Below, piece by piece: positions 1 through 14,322 of a DNA stretch of 57,471 nucleotides (position 1 is its first letter; each line of letters starts with the position of its first letter). Position numbers and translations under genes: made by a program. Under the pieces are notes generated by a model. The model searched no databases. It worked only from the letters and a program-made list of their open reading frames with translations, and had not been told where the DNA came from. The DNA is from Tubiluchus corallicola (taxonomy: Eukaryota; Animalia; Priapulida): NCBI GenBank assembly GCA_030141605.1, contig JAQGDQ010001174.1, forward strand, positions 1 through 57,471. The letters are read 5' to 3'.

Positions 1-3000
1 TTTTTCCCAATTTTCACTCATTAATTTTAAAATCTAAAGTAGAATATGACACGTGCGATATTTCTACGATTTTCCCTAACTTAATTTTAGTTATTAGCGG
101 CTGTTTCAGAGTGATCAATTAGTGTTAGTTCAGGGATTTTTCTAAATTTCTCGCACAATGTTTGTTTTTCTTTAGTTATTTTCGTATTTGCATATGAGAG
201 TCCTTGAAATATTTGTTAAACTGTCTGTATAAGCCTGAAGGTCGAATTTCTAATTTATGTACACGAATATACAACTAAATATACATAAGCAAGATGTGCA
301 AGATCGTTTGTACGAGTTGTTTAACTATTAAAACGTAATGGTGTGAGTATAGCGGGAAAGCCATTCAATTCAACAAAGTACAATAAATTCCACTTAACTC
401 TATCTCATTGCTATACTGGTCACGATAGCTACAGATTTGGTCATTAGCTTGCATATCTTGTTTTTACAATAAAAGAATTTTATACTGCAAAAATGTGTTA
501 GGAGTGTTTGTTTTTGAGTAATTCACGAATATCTTTTCATCCTGGTTATTGTTTATTCTGCTTATCAATGTTTAAACAAAAACAAGCCTGTATTGAAGTA
601 CGCGCGCAAGTCTTTTGAACACCTACACTCTACTTTATCTTGTCTTGTTTGTTTTCCAGTGTTTGTTTTTCTGAGTAGTTTGTTGAAAATAACGCTTATA
701 GTACTCTACTTTACTAATAACATAACAAAACGAGCCATTCAATCTTTCTTATACGCCAATCTTTACATATTTAACGCATTTCGTAGGTCCAAGATATCAT
801 CTGTTAAGACAGTCAAGTGATAATTGAGCAAGCGCAGTAGGCGCAACAGTGACCAAGCAATCGGAGCTCCTCGTCCTTGGAGCTCCTCTATTTCTCTTTA
901 TTTTTGTGCTTATAGAATACAGAGCACTCACATCTTCCATCTATATACATAACGTCATCTGTGTCGGGTGCTAACTCTAATCATGTGCTTGTTACGTCAG
1001 TGGTCAAAAGTCGACTCGGTAATTTGCAATCAAACAGTTTAGTTAATGAGTGTGGAGAAATGCGTGTCAGGACTGACCTCAATTAAACAACACACCTGTC
1101 ATTACAGGGTGATTACGTTTAATTGATACTGATACTATGGTTTGCACAAGTAGAAGTTTTGGCACAGAAAAACGTAAACTCACTAAACTGTCTGCTTTAT
1201 CGAGCATCAGAGATTAGTTACGTTAGTGATTTAAGCCACAAGCACTCGCTGATATGTGATAATGATAACTGAACATAACTCTCCGTAGGTTTAAATTACT
1301 TTAACATCCATGATTACTCCCTCAATAGAAAAATTATAAAAATAGTGTATAATTTCTGCACCTTGTTCCATGTACATGTGTAGAAAAGCGATGGTGTGAG
1401 TGAAGGAATGAATAAATGAGTGAGTGAATACCCGAATGGGTAAATGAACAGATAAGTAAATTAATTAATTAATGAAAGAACGGACGAACGGATGGTTGGA
1501 TGGATACATGGCTGAACCAATAAATTAATGAACAAAAGAATATGTTCTGGACTTAGCTGAATGAATGAATAAAATAAGTAAACAATCAAAATCAAAAAAA
1601 TTATTTCCAAATTAGGCGTACGGCAAATTAGGTGGTTTACTTTCGAGATTTTATGCACAATGTTGTGGTTATTCCTTTTTAATGAGTAAAAAGAGGGGAA
1701 CTAAACCAATTTTAAATAAATTATCACTTTGTTTACGTGTATAACCAAAGAATAACTTTCATATTTTGAAGGGACAAGTAACATAGGCCCACTTCAGGCA
1801 CTCGTACTAAAACGTAAGCCTTCATCAGTACTGATAATATTTTACAGTATTATAAAATATACGACTGTTATAGTAGCGCAACGAACCGTACAATGCAAAA
1901 ATAAAATTTACGTCTCAAGAGGTTTGATTCTTTTGGATTGATTGTCATTGTTCGTTTGTAACCAATCGTCTGGGGGCCATTAGCATCTGGGTCCACTGCT
2001 GGCCAGAGTAAACACATTCTTATTCAATGACTGATTCAACCTTGACCACGCCAGCATTTTAAGAAGGTATTTTTATTGTTCATTTTATTTCAAGCCCGAG
2101 GGGCCAATTTAAACCTTGTGCATCAGGAGGAGTTTTGTGAAACGTTCCCTAGGGGACGTCTAGCCCTTGTTTTTGAAAATTAAAAGATAATTATTCAATT
2201 CATTTCAGTTCAATTCACGCTTTTGTTTCAGACTTAAAATCCATATAAAACGCTCATATAAGTTAAATAAAATGTACACAAGACATTAAGACCACACATT
2301 AAAAACGTAAGGCTGACACAGATCATACGCTACAAAAAGCACACATACAAGAGGACATGCTATATGCATAATTACATACAGAAGACAATGCACGCGAAAT
2401 CATTTCACTAAAATAATGACTGTTTGCTACAATAAAACGCGTTACAATGAATCAGTAAATTATGCCACTTTCTAAAAAATGCGATTTATAGAACATGTCA
2501 CTCATTTTCAATCAACATATTGTAAATGTCAGGCAATAAACGGTTCCGGATAACTGTATGCTGCCGTTCTTTGTACTTGTATAAACTGGAGTCTAAGAGT
2601 GGTACACATACCAGATGCACTGCAGTCATACCTTAATTTAAGATAAAATTCAACTGTTTATTATTTTAGTGAAAGATAATGCAGACGATTTTTATGAAGC
2701 GTGTTCTTACTCATTGAGAAAGAATTTTTCTAACCCCATGCTTATTTTTCTTATTTTTGGCTATTCTTTTAATTGTACACGAAGAGTGCTTAGAAGTTAC
2801 TTGAAAATTACTTGGTAATTATTAATTGCTGCAGGCAGGGGAGGCACAGGTTAATACTTAATGTCATTATTGCTTGAAAAGTTATATTTTTTACTAGATT
2901 TGAAAGAAAATATTCGAGGTTTCAGCACAAGACTTGAACGCAGACTTTGAAATCGCCCGCTAAATAAATCAGTTCATTCTGTTGTCTCCTTGTATCAAGG

Positions 3001-3197
3001 TTAACTTTTTCTATGAAGCTAACGTGACATGTAATCTTTTAAGTCTAACAAATCAATACAGGCGTCAATCAGTCAACTATTTTTTTAAACTGTGCTTGTT
3101 TTTTTTGCTGGCTTCTGTCATCGATAACTCATGAATTACTCATTGTCTTTTTACTGTTTTACCTTGCTAAATAATTTACTTTACCTGCATTGCGCAG

Positions 3198-3276
3198 ATA
3201 AAGCATGTATCAGATGAAGTTTCTCCAATTAAAACCAGATATCAGGATACAGCACTTAATTTGAAAGATTATGAAA
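3198..3276 (+). CDS. Candidate upstream coding exon of the spectraplakin
   Basis: cag|ATA...GAA A|gt, open (IKHVSDEVSPIKTRYQDTALNLKDYE), phase-1 end fits exon 5182. The donor is weak and no domain motif supports it. Confidence 0.3.
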
Positions 3277-5181
3277 GTATTCATGGAATGATAATTAATT
3301 GCTTGTATACGTGCAAGGTTGGCTTTAATGCTCTTAGTTATAGCTGTGTTAGAGCTTGCGTTTCGTTTGGTAATAAAAGAATAGTGATTTCAGTTTTACA
3401 CAAAGTCACCAATAAAGGTTAACGCTTTGCACTAGTTATAGAAATAATTTTTGTGTAATAGCAATAATTACACAGTTTGGTGTATAATGTAACAAGCAAT
3501 TCAACAACCACTTTTTTGTAAATCTGTATTATATTATTATCATCGTACTAGTCTAGAATTGATTTGTCTTGAAGAATTTAACAATGAACTGTAGAGTACT
3601 TCGTAACAGTTAATCACGTAATTATAATTGTTAGCCTGATATGACTCATTATCCTGTTAGAAGTCTTGCACCTGTAGTACTACTTTAGAGTGAAATTTTA
3701 GAACGGGCGAAAACAAATTTTTCTTGAGTCAATCGGGTGACACATCCGGAAACTTTTGTTGGTGCCAATTTGTTATTTTCTCGTTTTTAATTGTAAAACC
3801 AAATCTAGACAGAATTTTAAATCGGTTAAATACTTCTGGGTTATGTAACCATGGTTACTGTAAATTGTTCATAGCATATGTCATTGACGTGGCACGTGCA
3901 CGTGCTACCAACTTGCAAAAAATCATGTTTCATTTAAAAAGTAGGTTTTTTTATTATTTTAACAATGAGTTGAAACTTATTAATGTAGATGGCTACGTAA
4001 GTTTTAATTGTAGTGCACTTATGCCGCATTGTAGTCTTTACGTTAGAACTCATTGTTTCTGCGGGCTAAATTCTGGGCAATACTGCTGAGTTTTCATTTC
4101 CTGAGTGTAGGTACGGTATTTTTTGTATATGAATCATGGTGATCAGCTATGGCTTCTGGGTGATTGATGTAACCCCATTGAATTGTCTTTGCACCAACAG
4201 GCCCCTAGCTGGGCAAGCATATTGATTAGCAAACAATTCAATTTCAGTTTTCATTTTATTACACAAATACAATACTTAGTAACAAAGTACAATAGTGACG
4301 CTTTAACTGTAACAAATCAAAAAATTAATTGTTTAAGTGATAAATGCTTTTAAAACATATTAATAATAATAGTAATAATTTGTTAACTTCAAATCCATAT
4401 ACTTCAATAAAATTGGAAGCGAGGTGAATGACTAATACAGTTCTGCAATACATTCTATGTCTAAAATATAAGGCTTAACCACAACCTAATTTAAATTTAA
4501 ATTAATTTGCTTATCTGATTACAAGTTAAAAGCTGTGACTGCCCTATGTGGATAGGTATTTGATGGGTGTGTGGATAGGTGGCAATATATTTGTTAGGTA
4601 TGTATTTGCTGTTAAATAGTTGAGCATACATGCTGCATTTGCAAACTTTTTTAATCTTTATAAATAACTTTAAATCATATAAATGAAATCAATTTGTGAA
4701 TTTAATTGATGCTTTGAGAAACTGTAGTTTAAGCTCCAGTGCTATAGACTAGCAGGAACATTTATTAGTTTGTGACTTTGAAATGACCTTCTCAGATAAA
4801 ACCTGCTTTTGAATTAACAGTTACTAGAATTAAAACTGTCTTCTATAAGGATAAGCAGATTAGCAACAAGGTTAACTTAATACTGTGCAGTTTGTAACCT
4901 GTAGGCTGTGGGAGAGTAAGAGAAACTCAATCCTCTTTTCATATAACATTACAATGCTCAAAAAATCTAATTTTTACTTCAAATGCATAGGATGTTCACA
5001 TTCAACTTTGAAGACCTTGTCTTCTGATACATATGCATTCTTACTGTAAATGCCGATGTCGCATTATGTTGGTGGCAGTGCAGATTAACAGCTGCACTCA
5101 CATTTAGAGCTTGTCCGCTCCAAAGAATAGCTAAGAAGTGATAAATTATTAGTAACAATATCTTTACTGTTTTTGTTACAG

Positions 5182-5243
5182 ATCAACGTGACGCTGTGCA
5201 AAAGAAAACATTTACAAAATGGGTCAACATGCACTTAAAGAAG
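5182..5243 (+). CDS. Spectraplakin exon 1 (in window): start of CH1
   Basis: cag|..|gt; [20 protein letters not shown]. Confidence 0.95.
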
Positions 5244-8200
5244 GTATATGTGTTTCAAAATATTCGACCACAAATAAGCTCATAGATAACAATTATGCAA
5301 GTGGTTGTTGAAAGCCCGGATTAGTTAGCATGCTGCTAAGTGTTAACTTAAAACTAATCTCATCTGAAGATTGACAGACAACGTGAGGTGTCCAAGTTGT
5401 CACATTTGATATAGACATGGCCAAGTTGTCACATTTGATATAGACATGTCCAAGTTGTCACATTTAGCATAGACAATACACTATCAGTATTAGACATACA
5501 TTAGACTTTAGTGAAGGCTATCAAACAAAATCTGAAAGGAGGATGTGTAATGACTGAAATTGTTTCATGAAGTGAAGCCAAAATTATCTTACTTTAATAA
5601 TGATCTCTGCTAAGAAATCCCAAAATAGTCATATTAAATGTTTGTCATTGCTTATAAACCGTTGAATTTTTATTCCACCATCCGCTATTTCTTTCAAGCT
5701 AAAAACGTTTTCAGTACACACATTCTCAACAAAATATTCATGTATTGTGTATACAATTAGGTATTCATCTTTTAGACTGATTAGATCTGTATTCCTTGCA
5801 GCAGTTTACAAGTTACCTTACTAAGTTTTGTATTGATTACGCTAAACTGTTAATTACATCAATGCATTTCAAATGAGAGGCGAAAGTGATGAATAACTTT
5901 TTATCGAGGATCTTCTGTGCATGCAGATGCTTTTTTGATTCATACAATCAAAAGTAAACAGTGCTGAGTTATAGTCCACATTTGTGGTTAATTTTCGAAT
6001 GTATATTTGCAGATTGGTATTCACATTAACGACTTGTTCGAAGATTTAAGAGATGGACATAATCTCATATCTCTCGTAGAAGTACTGTCTGGTGATCAAA
6101 TTGTGAGTAACATTATTAGCTCTTGGTTAATTAAACAAGTATGTACTTTCTGAGTACTTGCATGTACTTTCTGAGTGCATGGAGTAGCCTTGAACTAAAA
6201 TTACTGCCTATTTAGTTCATACAGCTGTGAACTCATAAATTAATATTTATTTAATTGCATTGTACATAAATCTGGGTGGCACTTGTATTTATGAATTTTG
6301 TTGGTAAACATTTACAAAAGTACATATAGGTAGCTTGCTTGATACAGCAAGATCCCTCGTTGCTGGGAGATGTCAGTCTATGTAAACAGATAAATAAACA
6401 TGGAAATCAGTTTATTAAAACTGATAACTATACGCAGGTAGAATTATCTTATGACACTCATGCGAACCATTTTTGTTGACTATCTCAATGAATTGCAATA
6501 CTACCATGTTGGCCTACTGTGTTATTGCAACCTGCAGTTGTTCCATTGCTCAAATAATTTAAAAGTCAGTTATGTAGGTTAGTTCTCAGCCCATGTTTTG
6601 CTTTTTTAATTGATGTTTTCATTTTGCTTCTTTCCATTTTGTTATAAATTAACAAAAGCGATTCGTTTGGATAAAGTCCTGTCTTTCTCTAAAATTTGAG
6701 TCAAGCCCATTAACAGCTTGGTATTTATGACATGGTATATATTTGGCTAAGAAAGTTATGTAGCATTGTGTTTATTTAGCAAAAGGATAGGTGGTTGTCA
6801 CAAAACTGCTTCTCTGTGGGTTCATCAGCCATTCGGCTATTTTTGTCGCAGCAGAAAATGTATGTACACATCCAAAGTGGCTGAAACACTAGGCTAATTT
6901 ATGTTTGAGTATTATCCTTGATAATGCATTAGGTTCTGATCTTGCTACAACCATTCAAGATCAATAGTAGATACTGCATTTCAGCACTGTGACTAGAAAA
7001 GTGCTGAACTGTGTAAGAACGCCTTTAATTTAGAAGAAAGTTCCCTATGGTGATTTGAACAAAGAAAACAGGATTTTTGAAGTCTTTTATACAAAGCATT
7101 ACATTAATTATTTGATTTTAGCTTAAAGTGAATCAATTGAAGTAAATGATTTTGTTATTTGATGTTTTTAGCCCAGGGAAAGGGGAAGACTCAGATTTCA
7201 TAAATTGAACAATGTACAACGAGTTCTGAACTACCTCAATCATCTCCAGGTATGACAAAGTTTGCTTTTTGTTATCAGTCCATGTCGAGGAATGACTTGG
7301 TACAGGAAAGAAACAACAGTTGCTTTGCCAACATTGAATGAAATTACTACATGGACTTGAATGTAAATGTCTTATCCCACCATTTGCCTTCAGGACTTTA
7401 CCTGATGGTGGTAATCACTTTGTGCCTCTTGCTGTATTACGACATGGTGGACCTGAGAATTATTCTTCATGTCATACATAATGTAGTGATAGTTTGAGTG
7501 CCTGTGCGCCGTGCTAGGAATCGTAATTTTCGTATAGACCCCTCAGAGGCATGCTTGTATTTTATGCACCTGAAAACATAACAACATTTTTGTATAAGGA
7601 ACTTAGTAACATGTTGTAGGTAGCAATTGCTTTGTCTAACATTGCTATTGTCTGTGAGCTGCATTTCTCATGTTTTCTAGAAGTACATAGTAAGTCCTCT
7701 TCAGCTAGTTTTGAGAAAGGCGCAAAAAACTGTTTTTACATGCCAAGAAGCAATGGTTTAATGAGTTACCTCATAAAATGTGCTTTATTATTCTGCAAAA
7801 GAAAGAAAGAAAAATTTAAAGAAGTTTTTAAGTTAAAGGATTTACTAGGTTACACTAAAGAGGATCTGAAAATGCGCTGCCGTGTGTGTGGTTTGATTTC
7901 AGAAAAGATGCACTTAAGAGGTTCTTGCATGCACTCAAGTGAGACAGAGCTGCCATTTAAACTACTATTTAACTCTCAGAGTTACCCTGGCATGGGTACA
8001 GAGTCACACATATTATTCTAGATTGCCTGTAAATGGTTGAACAACGTTTCCAACTGTTTACCTGTTTAGAGGCTCCTAATTGCATAATTTTAACACACTT
8101 GGTGATTGACTGAAATGGACACTCTAGTTTTATAGGTTTGTCTGGAAATTTCAGCTACAGTGGACTTACTAGGTTTTTTTATCAATTACTCGCTTAATAT

Positions 8201-11200
8201 GCTTTGCATCGTGAAATCGTTTGATGATTATGTGTAGCCTTGTACTAAGAATGCCCTGACCGCAATAATGCATTTTTGGCCGAAAATGAACTTACTAGGT
8301 TTTTCGTGAAAATGGGAAAATTCTTCTTGTACTTGTAAAAAACTTAGAAAGTGCTGCAAAGTCCAAACAAGTATGATTTAATAACATGTTAAGAGCAGTA
8401 TAGTTTCTACACTATATAATAAACTCCCATAAATAAAGAAATAACGTACAGTCTTAGTTCTGATTTAATTCATGTTCCTGACCCAGAGTCCAGACATTAT
8501 GCTTTTTCGTTAATAAAATCTTTAAAATAGATTTAAATTTTTTTATCTTAATTGAAATATTTTCTTTCCATTTCAGAAATGTTTTGATGATATTGTGATT
8601 TCAGATATTGTAACTTACTTGTTTCAGGTGAAAATTGTAAATATTCGCCGTGAAGACATTGTTGATGGGAATGCTAAACTAACTCTTGGTCTCATTTGGA
8701 CTTTAATATTGCACTTTCAGGTGCGTTTGTTAAAGTTTTGCACATTTAGACTTATATTTATTTATTAATAATATTGAAACGTGAGTTTATAAAAACTGGC
8801 CTCTAGTGCCATTTACAGTGTAAAACTGAGTGTAAAAAATAAAAAGTAATATTATTGTAAGTAGACTGTTGTTACTTTTATAATATTTCACATGAAATTA
8901 GAAAAATCTGAAAATCTACTAAAATTTGCATACGTAAGAATTTCACACAGTTATTATTTGTACTACATAAATTGTCCATAATTAATTGTGAAGAATGGAA
9001 AGTAAGCATCTATACAAAGAAAAGCTATTTATTTTGTGATTCAAAAAAAATTGTGATTCAGGAGTTACACAATATAGCAAGAATTTGAACCAGGGACCTT
9101 CTACTCCTTGAGACCAGTGACTTTCTGGGACCGGGACCTTAATCTAGCAGTCACAGTGCAGATCTTTTAAGCAAAAACTCCCTGGTTAAATCCAGACTGT
9201 GTTCCAACATTTTCATGTTTGGTTTCAAAATTCACTAAATTGTAATTTTCATACAATGATGTACACTAAAGTTTTAATAATATTTTAAATTGAATCTGTT
9301 AAAGATTTCTGATCTTGTTGTCGAAAGACGGACACCTCGCGTGTTTCGTGGTCATACTGCAGAGGACCGACTCACTACTGGCAAAGATGCTTTATTATAT
9401 TGGGCACAAAGAACAACAGATGGATATCCAGGAGTTAGGGTCAGAGACTTTGGTCAGTCTTGGAGAGATGGGCTGGCTCTTAATGCTATTCTTCACAGAA
9501 ACAGGTAGATAGTAAAAAAGATTCAACCTTCTTTTGCTCAAAGTGGCAAAAAATTTTGTAAAATTCTTTGATTCTAATGGCAGTGCACTCCACTGGATTT
9601 CAAAAATTCATTTTTACACAATTTACAGCTTAAAATTGGAGTATTTGTAGTGATTATATCTAAAATTTTGTTATTATTCAAGGACGCTTGAAACAGCTAA
9701 AATGTGTTGGATTTGGAGCTGAGGTTTGTCTCTGAGTGCTGCTCAGTGGCTTGTGGTCTCTGCTCTGTTAGTCAACGATACAGTTTCAGCTTTGTTACCT
9801 TTTTTTAACAATTTGGATAGTAATAATCAATTGTCTGACTTTGCAGCAACAACCCATCATTTTCATCATGGTCTTTTTGATAGAATTTGTAGTTTCAGTA
9901 ATTAGTTGCTTTTGTTACATCTAAGATGTCACTTTATTCACAGACCCGATCTCATAGATTTCAATGCTCTGGGAAGACAAGCGCCATTGCAACGGGTAGA
10001 AAATGTGCTCTCACTGGCTGAGCAGGAACTGGGTGTTACTAGGTTACTGGACCCAGAAGGTGAGCTGGTGGATACTTTTAACTAACGTCATAAAAATGGC
10101 TCAAATTTCTCCACTGTGGTTTGTTAACCCCAAAGTTCAAATAACGATTGATTGCTGCAGATACTTTCAAATGAAATTTGCTCTAAAATAAATATTGCAA
10201 TCTGCACTAGATTGCATATTTTCTCAGTCTATTGTTCATTTGTTTGACTATTTGTCCTTCTATTAGACTAAGTAGGTAACTATTTAGGTTTACTGTATAG
10301 TTTGTTCTGAAAGTAATTTGTTTTGATAGAGAATTGCATTTGCAAAAAATATGTTGCTAACCTAGATTTTAAAATAATAAGTAAATGAAAATAAAGCACT
10401 ATGTTAAAGCAGTCGTGAAGACCTGAAGTTCAGTTTAATTTGTTTACAAATAAACAGTTTTGGAGGTCACTTTGTGGGTGCCATATAAATTTGCAAAGAA
10501 AACCAGAAGTATTTGAGAAGCACAGTAATGAGAAAGGTAAATTAAGGTCTTGAATATTTTTATTAATTTTTATATAACTTTTTTACAGAAGAGTGAAGAG
10601 GTTTCGTTTTCATTTTTACTTGATTATGAAAATTATGTTTTTAGCAATATCTTGAAAACACAGTTTGATGACTTAGTATCGAATCGCATGTTTAATTTCA
10701 GTGGAGGCAGCCACTGCCAGCAATAGCTTGAGTCTAACTATCGCCGAGTCAAATTGCTGACTATTGTGCAATGTCTGTTTTTCAAGATACTTTGTAAATG
10801 AGTCACCAACACAGTGCTTCTAAAAATGGGCTCTGGAAAATTTTTCAGTAAAAGACTGTTTTGCTAAAGGTTGTTTTAAGTACTCTGCTTTCTGTAGGTG
10901 TGTTATAGTCAAACTGTTCTAGCAGTTGTAAGTAGAGTTTTGTCCTTCCGTTGCTTTCATATCTATATTTTTATGTATTTTAATTTTAGTATTTCATAAA
11001 GTTTCATAACTTAGTATTTCATAATTTCATAATTTCTCCAGACATGGTCGCACCTAAACCCGACGAAAAGTCTGTGATAACCTATCTATCGCAATTGTAT
11101 GACATCTTTCCCACATTGCCCACACCGAGAGCAAGTGTTGGAAGTGAGGTAATTTGTTTTCTGATCTTCATTATTACCTAATTAATTTTAACTAATTCAG

Positions 11201-14200
11201 TGACTGCTGCACATCATTTAGCTTCTGAGAATATGTGCTTACCTTTGACTTCGAACACTTTTCTGCAGGATTTAGTGATGAAAAGTGGTGATTATCAAGA
11301 AATGGCGAGGTTATTCCTAGATGAATGCTTTGGTAACATAGCAAAGCTACAAAGTATTGATCTCCAGAACATGGATAATCATGAATTAAAGGTACAATAT
11401 TTGGTTTATCGGAAGTATGTTGAGCATTTTGAACGATTGTAGAGATTACCATTAGCTTTTGTGGAATGCGAAGTCTTTGGAGCTTGGTAAATGATTTGTA
11501 ATTGAGATTTCCTTTCTGTGATTCCAGACACAGCTGGCCGATCTGATCAAGTTCAAAATCACGAATGTGGAGAGGAGAACAGACGAGTTTCACCGACTTG
11601 GACATTTGTGGAGGGAAATTGAGGTATACTGTACTTTTTACCAAATTTGATATTGTGCCACTTTTATTATCATTCCAGTTTAATCACTGTTATGTTTTGC
11701 CTTTCTGCATTGCTTATGCTTTTTCTTATAAATAATGTAATTTACCACTTTTATAGGATTATGAGCTATCATCGGGAGACTGTCCAGTAGATTTACACTT
11801 TTACAACATCCAGAAAGTTTGGAACAAACTGTTGTCTGCTGTAGACGAAAAGGAACAAGCAGTGTATGAACAAATAGCAAAGTAGGTGTATGTGTTTGCT
11901 TATGTAACGATGCTTTCAGACTTAGTGAGTTTGTTCGCCAAGTAAAGACGTCACGTAACTCGCTATTGTATTCAGACTAGAGAGCAAAACTTTCGCAAGT
12001 TACTATCTGACAGTAAACGCCGGTGAGCTGTGAGAAGTGACAAGAGTAATTCTCCGGGGCATTCACACTAGACAGTAAGTCAGGTTGCAATTGTGAAACA
12101 GTTTATAATTTCTTGCCGACAGTAACTTGCAAAGCAGTTCACACTTGTGAATCTGCTACCAGAGAGAAAACGTGGGTGCATTTAACGTTGGTGCACATGA
12201 AGCTGCAGCAAATGAAGTTGACACCTTTTCAGTTTGGTTTAAGCATAATTTGTTGAAGGTGTAACATCTAGGTTTAAAATAGACAGTTTTACAACTGATA
12301 TATGTTCTCCCGTAGTGGGAGTGAAACGCTAGACAGATGCAGAACAATTTAGCCTTTTCAGTTTAAGATGATCCTGGTGCTTTGTGGTACAGCACTCTGG
12401 CCTGCCCTAGTGGAATCTTTCAATTTACTTGATAATTTTAACAGAACTGATCAAATTTACGTCATTAGTATCAACAATTTCTGTAAAAAACCGACGTGTA
12501 AAAGAATTATAAAATCTGTGACTTAGCATTGCTTGTATCTTGGTTTGTTTGTTCTATAGATTGGAGCGTCTACAGAAACTTGCAGACAAGGTCCTGTCGG
12601 ATATTAGAAATGCTAACCGAAGACTTGATGGTATCAGTGACAAATTAGGGGAGGTATGAAAACACAGGTTTTAATACCTGTGTTTAAAACCCATTACTAA
12701 TTCAGCCTGCTGTATTGCCACCTCTAAATTGCACAATTTAATGAACATATTTTTGATAACAGCGGTATATTTTTTTGCAGGCCGAGCTGCGTGTGGCCGG
12801 TATGCCGTTAGCAGATGCCAGATTCCACTGTGATCAATTGGAGGAGGGTTTAAAGTCAGTTGATGATGACGTTCGCTCAATTTACAATGACATTAGTCAT
12901 CTTCATGACAACCTGTATCCTCACGTCGACATCGTAACTACGCAGTAAGTTTTTCGTGTTTGCAGTTATATGCCTAAATGCGTCTTCGCCGCATTTCTAT
13001 CAAAGACAAATTTTTGCATTTAATTTGTTTGGTCTTTACGATTAGCTCGTAAGCTTCTTGTGAGAATTAAGTATGTGATAGAAAAATTTATGGAATTGTT
13101 TTGAAACTGTAAATTAGTTTATAAAGCTGTTTTTAAACTAATGCATACAAAAATTATGGTTTGACGAAGAAAGGTTTGCTTGGCCAATTGACGTCAAACA
13201 TATTGGTCTATCGATCCGCCCCTGCTGCAACGTAAGCACGCTCAGCAGTATTCGGGACAATAGCTCATGCAGCACAATAACTGTCTAAGCTAAACTAAAC
13301 TAAAGCAAAGGGGAGGGGGCAACATGACACTCACAACTAATGTCTAATTAGCAGTTAAACTGATTGTACTTTTTCATAAACACAAATTTGCAGAGCAGCA
13401 GCTATTTTTACACAAAATTAACACTTCAAGTAGCCATCAAATGACTTTTCAATTTAAACAGAATGTAGAGACAAAGTTTCAAAGCACTAAAAAATATAAT
13501 AAAGAAACAAAGTCAGTTAGCCTTGCTTTACAATAAATGAGCAACAAAGTCTCTCTAGATTGTTCCATTCCATAGACGACCCTTATATTGAATGCCCGAG
13601 TTACATAAGTCCCAATGGCAGCTTTTAATCATGATTATAACAAGAAAAATAGTGTAAAACTAACTAATATTACATTGATGCATAATATCTTACATTTTGG
13701 CATTTGCCATACCAAACTCATAGGTTTTTGTTACCTCATTTATCGGGTGTGCTTTGTCCGAGTACCCAGTTTGAAATCAGATTTGTAAAAATATTTGTCT
13801 CGTGTATTAATAGCTGTAATACGCTTGTGAACTTTTTCGCAAGAAATGCAGATTATTCTATGCAGTCAATATTGGGTTACAATCTGCAATTTATTAAATG
13901 TAAATATAATGATAATTACAACAAATGTGATTATTTAAAAATTAAAAGATTCATATGTAAGAAAGCTAGAGAACTTACGTAGGCTCAAAGCCTTACTCTT
14001 TCATTTGTTAGAGATGTGTTAAATGAATTAACCAGAAGCGATTTTTCCTTTTTAGATAATCTGCAAATTCATGACATTCTACAAAATTTATGTTGTGAAT
14101 AATTTGTGATTCTGTGATGTAAAATCAAATTCAATATCGTATATATATGTTAGTTAATGACAAATTTTTTTTAAATAAAGGTATGAGTTTTTTTTAACTA

Positions 14201-14290
14201 CTAACAGAACCGACATTTATTCATTTATTTGTTTACACAGCTAACCGAATGAATGTATTGTATTTACAATAATTCGAAATAAATCGTATA

Positions 14291-14322
<32 letters not shown>

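Noticed and set aside
781-890. Possible exon after tcgtag
   Set aside because: All three frames stop within about 40 nt and no strong donor is present.
2190-2620. Possible LINE 3' end with a (TTGAA)n tail on the minus strand
   Set aside because: The tail is suggestive but I could not recover a convincing protein motif.
5389-5475. 29-bp repeats as a CRISPR array
   Set aside because: Units are adjacent with no spacers, there are no cas genes, and the context is a eukaryotic intron.
7632-8021. 129-aa intronic ORF with a CxxC
   Set aside because: Non-ATG start, no domain pattern, and the flanking CH1 exons join perfectly without it.
11911-12156. Small palindromic element (ttcagact/ttcacact repeats, 20-bp imperfect inverted repeat)
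   Set aside because: Probably an old MITE, but the ends and target site cannot be defined.
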